DNA of 64,000 nt from a virus (taxonomy: Duplodnaviria > Caudoviricetes): positions 743 through 64,742 of the IMG/VR virus record IMGVR_UViG_3300005611_000021. The stretch is one strand, 5' to 3'. The notes under the pieces are model-generated. The model was not told the DNA's origin and did not search any database. It was given only the letters and a program-made list of their open reading frames with translations. Position numbers and translations under genes: made by a program. This document shows, one piece after another, positions 8,401 through 17,164 of this stretch (within the stretch, counting starts at the first letter, position 1; each line of letters begins with the position of its first letter).

Positions 8401-9284
8401 TCGGTGATCCTGTGTGGTTTGTCGTCATCCTTGAGCACCAACTCAGCCTTGAGGATGGAGCGGTATGGGCAGTTTTCCCCTTGCATCACGTAATGGATGG
8501 CTGTCTGCATATCCCGTGCATTTGTCTGGATTCTGGCCTCTCCGCCATCATGCCTGACCGTTACCATGTATTTCTGATTTTCGTAGGGGTTTTGGCCTCC
8601 AACTGAGTTCTCGAAACGTAGTGGCATCACGATGGCCGTCAGCTTGCACTGCGGGCGAGGAGTTGTGATCTCAAGTGCTCCATTCGGAACCTCCCGCAGG
8701 TGATGCAACACCTCACTACCCCCAAGCCCCTTGTGTACATACATCGTGTTCTCAAGATACTTGTAGTTATAGGTATTGCTGGCTATCGTGAGGATGTTGT
8801 GAATGTACGTGCTTTCACTTCGATTCGGCCTGACTGTCCCAATGTTTTTGCCTCCACGTTTTGGGATGTCAATGGGATCTGTCGGGTCCGGGTATTTTAA
8901 CTCGGATGGTGAGATCTCCATGACCTTCGTGTTGAGCTTCAGGATGCGGAATGACGGAACCTTGATTTCCTTGTTCTCGGGAACTTCATGTCGGTAGGAC
9001 TCAACAAACGCATCAATCATAGGGCCTTGTATATAGTGCAGGGTCCGCCCGGTTGTGGCCACGAGCGCCCATTCATCTTGGATCTTCACGATCCCGATTC
9101 CCTGGAGAGCGGGGCGGGCATTGCCCCCTCCCACTTCCTTGCCCATGGGACCATTCATGGATGCGGCATTGAGCCATTTCATCACAGGCACGAATTCCTT
9201 CCAGTCCCTTGCTGCGAGTGTTGTATCGATCCCGTATGTAGGGATGGCCTTTAGGTGGACGTGTGAGATTGTGTGTTTACTCAT
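8397..9284 (-). CDS. DNA polymerase III beta-clamp-like protein (partial, divergent)
   Basis: RPALQGIGIV...LVATTGRTLH resembles the clamp motif RPxLxG...LVATDGHRL; AIVMPLR resembles the clamp C-terminal VMPMR. Confidence 0.55.
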   Translation of the reverse strand: MSKHTISHVHLKAIPTYGIDTTLAARDWKEFVPVMKWLNAASMNGPMGKEVGGGNARPALQGIGIVKIQDEWALVATTGRTLHYIQGPMIDAFVESYRHEVPENKEIKVPSFRILKLNTKVMEISPSELKYPDPTDPIDIPKRGGKNIGTVRPNRSESTYIHNILTIASNTYNYKYLENTMYVHKGLGGSEVLHHLREVPNGALEITTPRPQCKLTAIVMPLRFENSVGGQNPYENQKYMVTVRHDGGEARIQTNARDMQTAIHYVMQGENCPYRSILKAELVLKDDDKPHRITE

Positions 9285-9916
9285 ATCTCGCGTTGTGCCC
9301 CTATGGCGATGGTGGAAGGTTTGACCTTCTCAAGCTTGAGGTTGATGGACTTGCCGAGATTCATGCGCTTCTCCGCGAAGTCATCCCGTGCAATAATGGT
9401 TTCTTTCATCTCCCAACAGTCACTCACTCCCCACTTGTTCATGAAATCCCCGAGCGCCGCCTGGAACTCGAAGTATTTGTCTTCCTTCTCCGCCTCAAGA
9501 CGCTCATGAATGATATCCGCCTTGAGTTCGATTCCATGGGATTCGTGGTAGTAGTCTCCGGAGTCATGGCCTGTCCCGTCGAAGATGTTTTCAATCTCAA
9601 CGATCTGGGCCTCATTGAGGGCATAGGCTCTCGTGGAGGGTTTGACTTGGAGGATACATCCATCAGGGAGTTCGACATTGAATGCCCCTGGAAGCCCTCC
9701 GAAGATACGCTTGCGGGCATTTTCGAGGAGTTGTTGCTTGATCTCACTTCCATCAACTTCTCCCTTGGCGATCTTTGCGGCCTCAATGGATTCATGGAGT
9801 TCGAGTAGTTCATCATCTGTCATTCCGATGTCGGATGGGACGATTCTTGGTGTTTTGCTTTTGCTTCCGCTTGTTTTAGTTGTGCGGATGGCTTTCTTTT
9901 TCGTTGTAATAGGCAT
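9281..9916 (-). CDS. Hypothetical protein
   Basis: 211 aa, basic N-terminus, A/C-rich leader. Confidence 0.7.
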   Translation of the reverse strand: MPITTKKKAIRTTKTSGSKSKTPRIVPSDIGMTDDELLELHESIEAAKIAKGEVDGSEIKQQLLENARKRIFGGLPGAFNVELPDGCILQVKPSTRAYALNEAQIVEIENIFDGTGHDSGDYYHESHGIELKADIIHERLEAEKEDKYFEFQAALGDFMNKWGVSDCWEMKETIIARDDFAEKRMNLGKSINLKLEKVKPSTIAIGAQREI

Positions 9917-9918
9917 GG

Positions 9919-10071
9919 TTAATGGCCCTTTCTATTGTTGGTGTTTTCGGTTGATTCGGTTGATTTTACTTCTTTTGGGTCGAACATCGACAGAAACGCA
10001 TCAGCTGCCCCATTGATGAGGGCAAGTGTGACGAGTTTCGCTTTTTGGCAGAAGGTGAGCTGGATCTTCAT
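9919..10071 (-). CDS. Small hypothetical protein (50 aa, not in ORF track)
   Basis: MKIQLTFCQK...; ATG overlaps the ligase stop and fills the gap. Confidence 0.5.
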   Translation of the reverse strand: MKIQLTFCQKAKLVTLALINGAADAFLSMFDPKEVKSTESTENTNNRKGH

Positions 10072-10685
10072 CGTGTGGAGAACCTGAATTTGATCCAGTT
10101 GCCGCTCACCTGTGTTGGCGACTGGATTTGATGGGGATACTTGGATTTGGCCTTCACAGCGACAACACCCTCAACGACTGGTTGAGTCTCCCGGTTGCGC
10201 TTCATGATCCCCTTGGCCATGTTGATGAGGCTATTGTATCGATCCGTGTTGAACGATGAGCCATACCACCATGGGAGAATGAGGATTTTGGAATCCGCTT
10301 TGAGTGGTTTTGGCATCGGGATGGTTTCCTCGAACTCAGGGAATCCGAGAGTTTCCAGACGCTTCATGCAATCCTCAAAGGAATCCTTGCGTTCAGGTAG
10401 GTCCAGGAATGCGATATGGTTCTTCATCCAGATGGATTTGCACATCCACTCACAATCGAACCACTCGTCACTGACTTGGAGTTCTTCCCGGAACTTCCGC
10501 AACTCCTCGAGAGGGATGTTTTTTCCTTTGGTGTAGCGAACACCATGCCGGTTGAACATCTCTCCCGTGATAACATTGACCAATACTCGATCCCCATTGA
10601 CTTTGGGGCGAAATATGTGGTCGTGCATGTGCTTAGTGATTCTAGGCCCTCCGTTTCGAGGCCGTGCTGGGTAGGTAGGTATCAT
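10068..10685 (-). CDS. ATP-dependent DNA-ligase-like adenylation domain (no OB domain)
   Basis: Motif I PKVNGDR, III FDCE, IIIa FLDL, IV EGVVAVK, V WIKFR in correct order; 205 aa. Confidence 0.7.
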   Translation of the reverse strand: MIPTYPARPRNGGPRITKHMHDHIFRPKVNGDRVLVNVITGEMFNRHGVRYTKGKNIPLEELRKFREELQVSDEWFDCEWMCKSIWMKNHIAFLDLPERKDSFEDCMKRLETLGFPEFEETIPMPKPLKADSKILILPWWYGSSFNTDRYNSLINMAKGIMKRNRETQPVVEGVVAVKAKSKYPHQIQSPTQVSGNWIKFRFSTR

Positions 10686-10900
10686 TCTCTACACACGAAC
10701 ATCAAGTGTTCGGGCTTGAATCCGGTATGGACATATCTGTCATTTTCATCAGACCAGATCTTAACTCCATAAGCGCGGAGACCCGGCTTTGGTGTAGACT
10801 CGATTTTGCCATGCACGTTGAAGAAATCCCCTCTATGGAGGACAAGAACGGTGTCACCGATTTGATATACACGCTCATGCCTTCGAATCGGTATGCTCAC
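10682..10900 (-). CDS. Small protein with MSIPIR tag, KOW-like
   Basis: GTG start; QIGDTVLVLHRGDFFNVHGKI. Confidence 0.8.
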   Translation of the reverse strand: MSIPIRRHERVYQIGDTVLVLHRGDFFNVHGKIESTPKPGLRAYGVKIWSDENDRYVHTGFKPEHLMFVCRE

Positions 10901-11102
10901 AGAATGCTTTCTTTGGAGTAAGCATTACCTTTTCCGCAGCGATGGGTGGGCATCTGACGCATTCATCTTCCTGAGAACCTTGTCCAACGCTTAGGCTTCC
11001 TTCGCTCGTGAGCTCTCCATGAATCCCGTGATTGGACCCGCATGAGTGTGAGGGTCTTGGGGATTTGCTTCACACAAAACCAGACACGGAAGATCAACTG
11101 CC

Positions 11103-11798
11103 TCATGACTTGAATTTCCTTCGCAGGACATGCCCGACAATGGACAGGTATGAGGTGAATAGATCCTGAACGCTTTCCCTGACGATACTCTTATCGAAGT
11201 AGTTTGCGAGGACTTCCTGCTGTTTCTGGTAGCCAACGTACAAGCCAATACAGGAGACCCCGTGCTTTCGCCAGAGCGTAGGCTCGAGAGCTTCATCTTG
11301 GATGTTGGCATCCGTGTAACAGGTCACAAGGTCGGACTTTGTGACATCATCCATGAACGTCCTGAACGTCTGGGATATGCCCTCATAATTGTGGGAGGCG
11401 GATAGGCATGACCACACCCAGTCCGGCTGTGGCAAGGGTACCTTGAATCCATTCTCCCTGCGACTGCTCGTGTAGCCCGTACAGAGAATGTTTGCGTTGA
11501 TGAGCTTCCGTTGGTGAAGGCGACTCATGATGGCGCACAACTGAACCGCTCCATCCATGGGACTTCCTGACATGGAGCCAGAACAATCCACGATGACTGT
11601 GACGGTGGGGATTCCCTCTTCATTCGGTTTTGGCCGCTTGAAGTAGCCTTCCATTGACTTCCTTGCGATGGCCTTCATATCCACACGCCCGGATGAGAAT
11701 GTCCTGATCTTCCCATGCCCGCCTTTGAAGGCTCTGGCAAAGGGCTGGACATTTCTATCTGCGAGCTTGGTATCGACTGGGTAGTATCCGATACTCAT
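11103..11798 (-). CDS. VWA (MIDAS) domain protein
   Basis: VIVDCSGSM MIDAS motif; YTDA. Confidence 0.8.
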   Translation of the reverse strand: MSIGYYPVDTKLADRNVQPFARAFKGGHGKIRTFSSGRVDMKAIARKSMEGYFKRPKPNEEGIPTVTVIVDCSGSMSGSPMDGAVQLCAIMSRLHQRKLINANILCTGYTSSRRENGFKVPLPQPDWVWSCLSASHNYEGISQTFRTFMDDVTKSDLVTCYTDANIQDEALEPTLWRKHGVSCIGLYVGYQKQQEVLANYFDKSIVRESVQDLFTSYLSIVGHVLRRKFKS

Positions 11799-12955
11799 CA
11801 GTGTCCGAATGGAGAGAAGTAGTCGCCGGACAGCCCTAACTTCGCGAGCTGCATCTGTGCGGCCTGCTTGGATGATGGGACGGTCTCGATGGTGGATTCG
11901 TCTTCTGAATTCGCCTTGAGGTTCGTTCCTGTGCCTTTGAGTTTCTTCTTGTCATCGTGTGGATCTATGGGGTCTTCGTCCACGGTTTCTCCACCGTGAT
12001 CTTCCTCCTCTTTGTCCTCAAGCTGGAACTTTTCCCCTTTGGGGTCTTCTCCAGTTGCGACCTTGATGGCGATGAGGAAGTCCTCTCCCGGTCCTGCGAG
12101 CTGTGGGATCTCCCGATTACCCGGAAAGAGTTCCTGCCATGCTTTGCAGAAGGGCAGGATGCTTTCCGTTGTTGGGTAACGGTGATGGGAGTTCCTTCCC
12201 GCGAGTTGCCTCCATAGACTGAGGAATGTCCCGAATCCGATGTCCTTACAGGGGCCAATTCGGTAGGTTCCTTTGTGCGTCTTGAAGGGGATTGTCTTCT
12301 TGGGGCCGGGGAAACCCTTGTTGATATCCCCGAATGTGGACACATATAGCTGCTTCAGTGCTTCAATGTTGACTTTGGTTCCTTCCGCTTGGATGAGGGC
12401 GAGCATCACGCTCTCAGGTGAATCCTCCCGCATTTTCGGTTTTTCCCAATAGAGCCAATCGAACTTCCGGATGCCATAGGATTCGGAATCCACGAGCGTT
12501 CCATCATAGGTGAGCTCCTGTGGATTGATCTGCTTGCCATCTTTGTAGGTTGGTCGTCGGCCACGCATGAGACCTTCGATCCGTGCATCTTCCAGCAGGT
12601 TGATGAGCGGGAATCCGACCTTTTCACTCGCAGCGAATTCCAGGAACTCCCGGAATAGCCTGGTCGTGTAGAGGCCATGGCCTACCTCGTGAAGGTAGGT
12701 TGATTTCGCATACTTCAGTTCCTTCCGGGATGATCGCTTTTCCTTGAGACGCTTGGGATGGTCAACCAAGCTAACGATGGTTGGGTTCATTTGGATGCGA
12801 TGAGTGCCCGTGTGGAACGACCAACAAGCGGTCGGTACCTCCGGATCATCCTTCCAGTTGAATGTCGCCTTGGTGTCGAGGGTGTCCAGCGTTCTTTCTA
12901 CGTGGACCTCCTCAATCCTTCGTTGGTCCCTTGGTGTGAGGAAGTCCTTACTCAT
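11798..12955 (-). CDS. CobT-N-like / HExxH metallopeptidase-like protein
   Basis: YLHEVGH and INLLEDARIE motifs; adjacent to VWA and AAA genes. Confidence 0.7.
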   Translation of the reverse strand: MSKDFLTPRDQRRIEEVHVERTLDTLDTKATFNWKDDPEVPTACWSFHTGTHRIQMNPTIVSLVDHPKRLKEKRSSRKELKYAKSTYLHEVGHGLYTTRLFREFLEFAASEKVGFPLINLLEDARIEGLMRGRRPTYKDGKQINPQELTYDGTLVDSESYGIRKFDWLYWEKPKMREDSPESVMLALIQAEGTKVNIEALKQLYVSTFGDINKGFPGPKKTIPFKTHKGTYRIGPCKDIGFGTFLSLWRQLAGRNSHHRYPTTESILPFCKAWQELFPGNREIPQLAGPGEDFLIAIKVATGEDPKGEKFQLEDKEEEDHGGETVDEDPIDPHDDKKKLKGTGTNLKANSEDESTIETVPSSKQAAQMQLAKLGLSGDYFSPFGH

Positions 12956-13356
12956 GCGGGCAGGATGTCCATCTCGATCGCATCTTCCGTGATGACCACT
13001 TGGAGGGTTGCCCCCTTCACGAGCATGGCCAAGCCCTTGTCGCTGATTTCAAGGACTTCAACGTAGTCGTCGCCACCAAGCTCAACATTAGGACCGAAGC
13101 CTTGTGCATACTCCACAAGTGGAAGCTTTTCGCCTTCCTCATTCAGGCCGCGGGAGAGTTCACTCTCCTCAACACCACTCATGAGATACACACCGGCATC
13201 TTTCACGATTTCAAGGTGTGCGGGAGGGGTTTCGTCCTCTTCGTAGTAGCATCCATAAGGATTTGAGAAGGCTTTGCCTTCCTTCTTTGCATCGATCGTC
13301 TCTTGAGCAAGAGCCACAAGGTTCTCGCTTGTCGGGAAACGGAATAAACCACTCAC
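12952..13356 (-). CDS. DUF3085-like protein
   Basis: IVKDAGVYLMS and GGDDYVE motifs. Confidence 0.6.
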   Translation of the reverse strand: MSGLFRFPTSENLVALAQETIDAKKEGKAFSNPYGCYYEEDETPPAHLEIVKDAGVYLMSGVEESELSRGLNEEGEKLPLVEYAQGFGPNVELGGDDYVEVLEISDKGLAMLVKGATLQVVITEDAIEMDILPA

Positions 13357-13357
13357 G

Positions 13358-14587
13358 TTAGAAGGACTTATTCACGATGGATTCCCATGCTTTCACCTGC
13401 TCGGTCATAGGCAGGCCGTCATGATCCTCGGCGACAAACCAAGTGTTGAAGCCGTCTGCCAGCAACTCGTCTTTGAGTTGTTTCTTGGCTTCGGATTCCT
13501 TTGGCTCATGAACGAGTGATATGAGGTGAGTGAATTCACGGATGCTCGGTGAGTTTTCGAGCAAGTGTTTCTTCTCAGCGTCAACGCCGGCCTTCCATAG
13601 GTTGATGAAGCAGGTCGTGATGTGATCTGTCCATCCACGAGTCTTCACAACTGGGCCAATTACATCCTTGATGAGGTTCACGGATGTGTCCGTGTAGAAT
13701 GGCTTGAACCTGGCTCGGATCGCCGGGGTGTCCGGCTCGCAATCGAACTTGGTTCCGCTATTCTGGGTGCCGATGATGGAGATGTTGGACATCGGTGCGG
13801 TGATCTTACGAGTCACCATGATGCCATCCTCTTCAACGGGTTCACCTGTATCAAGCGTGAGGTTGCCATCCGCGTCAGGTGATGTGGCCGTCTGGAAGGC
13901 TTGTTTTGCCTTGCGTGGGACGTTTCCAATCTCATCGAGGATGATACAGACTGATTTCCCGGCGGCGGCCAGGATGAACGCCTGAGCGAGTGGCCCATTG
14001 ATCCATTTGAAGTTTCCATCAGCCCCGATGCCTGGGCCTGCGATGAAATCCCGTGCTTCCATGTCAGCCATACATCCAACCTTGATGACGAGATCAAAGC
14101 CTGCGGTGTTGGCCCATTGGGTGACGGAAAACGTCTTGGAGGCGCCTGGGGGTCCCTTGAAGATGACAAACCATTTGCCTTCCCCGAGTTCCTGACCCGG
14201 ACGACAGAACTTCTCACAGTTGCGGAAGATGAGACTTCCTTTGCCGGATTTGGCCGCAATCTTCTTCGCTGACATGATGACTTTTTTCTTCTTCTCGTCA
14301 TCTGCCATTGCGGTCAGTTGATCCACCAAAGCAGCAGCGATTGCTGCCGTATCTACCTTAGATGCGAACTTTTTAGAAACGATCGCGAGTACATCATCAC
14401 AGAAGTTCTCATCCGGGTGAATGCCTTCCTTTTCCATGATGGCGATAATGTGAGACTCGAAGTCCTTATTCGCCTTGAGTTCAGCAAGGATGGCGTTCGG
14501 GTCTGCGGAGCCACCGATAGATTTGATTGCATCTTGGAGCTCTTTAGACTCCTTTACGGCCTCTACGAGTACGGGCGTTATGTCCAT
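13358..14587 (-). CDS. MoxR/CbbQ/CobS-type AAA+ ATPase
   Basis: Walker A GPPGASKT, Walker B IILDE, sensor GTQN, arginine finger RARF. Confidence 0.85.
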   Translation of the reverse strand: MDITPVLVEAVKESKELQDAIKSIGGSADPNAILAELKANKDFESHIIAIMEKEGIHPDENFCDDVLAIVSKKFASKVDTAAIAAALVDQLTAMADDEKKKKVIMSAKKIAAKSGKGSLIFRNCEKFCRPGQELGEGKWFVIFKGPPGASKTFSVTQWANTAGFDLVIKVGCMADMEARDFIAGPGIGADGNFKWINGPLAQAFILAAAGKSVCIILDEIGNVPRKAKQAFQTATSPDADGNLTLDTGEPVEEDGIMVTRKITAPMSNISIIGTQNSGTKFDCEPDTPAIRARFKPFYTDTSVNLIKDVIGPVVKTRGWTDHITTCFINLWKAGVDAEKKHLLENSPSIREFTHLISLVHEPKESEAKKQLKDELLADGFNTWFVAEDHDGLPMTEQVKAWESIVNKSF

Positions 14588-14889
14588 TAGGCTTCCTTCT
14601 CGATCCAGTCTTTTAGCGAGAGCTCGGTTTCATGAGAGGCAACTGCGGCAACCCATGCGGCCTTTTGAGCCTTTTTACGATTATCGCTGCTGAAGTCTGT
14701 CTGGAATGGACTTCCCTTGGATTTGGCTTCGTTTTCGATACGTAGTTTCACGGTTTGGTACACGTCATCCATAAACTGCTCGCTTGGTGTGTAACCAACT
14801 TCCATCATGCGTTCTTCCGCAAGATTCTTAATAGCCTCACGAACTTCCGCATTCCCTTTGAGGGCATTCAGTAGTTTCTCGGTCTTCAT
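14587..14889 (-). CDS. Hypothetical protein
   Basis: 100 aa, coupled at both ends. Confidence 0.65.
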   Translation of the reverse strand: MKTEKLLNALKGNAEVREAIKNLAEERMMEVGYTPSEQFMDDVYQTVKLRIENEAKSKGSPFQTDFSSDNRKKAQKAAWVAAVASHETELSLKDWIEKEA

Positions 14890-15104
14890 CGAATCAACTC
14901 CGCGAGGAAATCCATCTCTTGCTGCGTTGGGACATACGTACCAACCTCAACCTCATGCTCCTCGCATCCGACTTGTGCGAACTGCGTGGTCACTGGATGA
15001 TTAGCTCGGAGTTCTGAATAGCGGGAGAGGATTTCTCCAACTGATCTGGGCTCACGAGAGTTTTCACAAGCCTGCCGTAAGTGTGTCGCTGTGGATACAC
15101 TCAT
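14886..15104 (-). CDS. Hypothetical protein
   Basis: 72 aa, ATGA-coupled. Confidence 0.55.
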   Translation of the reverse strand: MSVSTATHLRQACENSREPRSVGEILSRYSELRANHPVTTQFAQVGCEEHEVEVGTYVPTQQEMDFLAELIR

Positions 15105-15223
15105 GCGTCTGTGATAGCAATCGTGGTTGTATTCCCCTGCGGGATCACCGTGAAGGCGACATTTCTTGCTATTAGATCGGACACTACGTCCTTTGTGTGT
15201 TTGGTTTCTATTGCTAATTTCAT
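15101..15223 (-). CDS. Small hypothetical protein (40 aa, not in ORF track)
   Basis: MKLAIETK...; AGGAG upstream; stop overlaps next ATG. Confidence 0.5.
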   Translation of the reverse strand: MKLAIETKHTKDVVSDLIARNVAFTVIPQGNTTTIAITDA

Positions 15224-15355
15224 GGCATTTTCTCCTACGTACCGGGGACTAACGGGTACGGGTCGTGTGAATTTCCCGTCCGGCTGACCAAGCCTTTCGG
15301 GGGGTGACGTTTAGAAGGGACTCCTACCGCTCGTCAGCACGGTAGGAGAATTACG

Positions 15356-15383
15356 AAATTGGGCCATCCCACCCAACCGATTA
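15356..15383. repeat. Conserved intergenic element, copy A
   Basis: aaattgggccatcccacccaaccgatta; ends in the stop codon of the 15381 gene. Confidence 0.7.
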
Positions 15384-15752
15384 TCGCAAGCTCAGAATCT
15401 TCGGAAGGCTGTAAACGCACCCATCCTCATCCTTCTCGAATTTGCAACGGACGATGTATCTACCATCATCCATCTTGACTCGAGAGGCGAGAATGCCTGA
15501 GCCTGAGCCTTCTTCGCACTGCACAAGGTTCAAGCACTTGCGATTGAAGGCCATATCACTATCGCCAAATCGCACCCAGTACACATCATCCATGTGTCCT
15601 ACGTTTACAAGGATTCCCCTTTGCCCGATACGTGAGCGGGTCCTCTCAGACCACACGTTGCCCCTCAAGGGTTTGAACCCTTTTGGGACGGTATCCACGA
15701 CCTCAACGACCCAGTGGCGTCCCTGGTCGCGGGCACGGACGGGGATGCTCAT
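15381..15752 (-). CDS. Protein with MSIPVR tag
   Basis: 123 aa; IGQRGILVNVGHMDDVYWVRFG barrel-like pattern; ATGA overlap. Confidence 0.8.
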   Translation of the reverse strand: MSIPVRARDQGRHWVVEVVDTVPKGFKPLRGNVWSERTRSRIGQRGILVNVGHMDDVYWVRFGDSDMAFNRKCLNLVQCEEGSGSGILASRVKMDDGRYIVRCKFEKDEDGCVYSLPKILSLR

Positions 15753-16453
15753 ACCGCAATCCCCTTTGCCTCTAGGAGGGGGTTGATGTGATCCTTGAGG
15801 CGGATTACGCTTCCACTCTCAAGACGTGCCCAGAAGACCTCATGCTCGCCTCCTGTGGAATCCGTAGCGAGGTCGTTTGCCAGCATTCTTGCGAATGTCA
15901 TGTCGGAGGTAGGGGGATGCAGCTGGCCGCTACTGGATTGGAGGACTTCCACGCCCTCGCAGAGGAGAGCGATGAGAGCTTCCCATGTTGCTCGGATGCT
16001 GAAGTTTTCACGAGCTGCCTTGCACAACGGATGGGTGAACAACGCTGCATATCGTTTCTTGCGATTGAGTGAGGTCAGTTTCTTCTCGAGTTCGAGCAGT
16101 CTGGCTGCACGAGACTTGGCTGCGGCCGCAGATTCCTCTTTGCCCTTCAGGAAGGCGATGAATTTTTCCTCTTTCTCACGCTTTTCCGCTTGGCGGAGTG
16201 CGTTACGTAGGTTTCTAGCCTTGACTCGTGAGGATTTTGCATCGCGAGCGATTTGAGCAAACTCATCCCTAGCGATGAGTCGTCCGTCATCGGTCATTAC
16301 CATCATCTGCAACTCTTCTCTCGCAGGGTCTCGTGGCTTTGGCGTGGTCATCGCTCTTTCGAGCTTTTGGGCGGCTGCCCGTCTGAGGTTGGCTTTGAGG
16401 AGTGCTTGATCCTCGCGGCGTTGCTGGATGTCGTGTGTATTTGGTTTTTTCAT
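15749..16453 (-). CDS. Hypothetical coiled-coil protein
   Basis: Probable start MKKPN at 16453 after an aaccgaaa leader. Confidence 0.65.
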   Translation of the reverse strand: MKKPNTHDIQQRREDQALLKANLRRAAAQKLERAMTTPKPRDPAREELQMMVMTDDGRLIARDEFAQIARDAKSSRVKARNLRNALRQAEKREKEEKFIAFLKGKEESAAAAKSRAARLLELEKKLTSLNRKKRYAALFTHPLCKAARENFSIRATWEALIALLCEGVEVLQSSSGQLHPPTSDMTFARMLANDLATDSTGGEHEVFWARLESGSVIRLKDHINPLLEAKGIAV

Positions 16454-16498
16454 TTCGGTTTTTCGGTTGTGAGCGATTCGTTGTGAATCCCTCGGGTT

Positions 16499-16525
16499 AA
16501 ATTGGTCCATCCCACCACCCGATTA
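16499..16525. repeat. Conserved intergenic element, copy B
   Basis: aaattggtccatcccaccacccgatta. Confidence 0.7.
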
Positions 16526-17110
16526 GCCCTCGTCACACACACACATGAGCGTGTCTAAGCCGGAGAGACAGCGCTTGCAAAAGCCGATATGCGGCAAGAT
16601 AGCTTTCACGATCTCAACGGCCGTCGTGTCCAGGGGAAGAGACGCTGCGATCGGGAAGGGCGCTGTAAATCTGTCGTACGGGTCATACCCGTAGAATTCG
16701 TATCCGTCTTCCTCGCGGATCAGAAGGTTCTCCTCGCCTTGCACTTCGAGGTAGTAAGCGTCCATACAGACGCAGACGCCCCCTTGCCCATAGATCTCGC
16801 AGATCTTCGCAAGGATCACCCCTGCGATGTCGAGAGTGCTTGAGAAGGGCAAGGCTCCGTCAATGCCTGCCTTTGCGAATGGGTTCGTGGAAGAGGAGTA
16901 AGCGAGGGCATTCGCGACCCTCACAATCTCGTCACCTTCCAATGCGGCCGCAAGGCGGGCGTTTTTCATTACGACAACCCAGATGTTCAACGATGGCAGA
17001 TACCGAGCATCCACGCGCTCGGTTTTGGCCCAGTTTGTTTCCGTTTCCAAGACACGGAATATAGCGTCAGTATTGAGAAGGCTGACATCCTTCGCTTGAT
17101 TCGCTGGCAT
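16523..17110 (-). CDS. Hypothetical protein
   Basis: 195 aa; GAAAGGA upstream; C-terminal CxxC...CxC. Confidence 0.7.
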   Translation of the reverse strand: MPANQAKDVSLLNTDAIFRVLETETNWAKTERVDARYLPSLNIWVVVMKNARLAAALEGDEIVRVANALAYSSSTNPFAKAGIDGALPFSSTLDIAGVILAKICEIYGQGGVCVCMDAYYLEVQGEENLLIREEDGYEFYGYDPYDRFTAPFPIAASLPLDTTAVEIVKAILPHIGFCKRCLSGLDTLMCVCDEG

Positions 17111-17164
17111 AGCGATTCCTTTCTTTTCGGTTCATGCTTGTGGCGTATCCGTAGATACCCCGTG

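Noticed and set aside
15321-15348. CTGACGA...GAAA on the minus strand resembling a hammerhead ribozyme core
   Set aside because: CUGACGA lies in the loop of a 9-bp hairpin, and no stem II can form between it and the GAAA.
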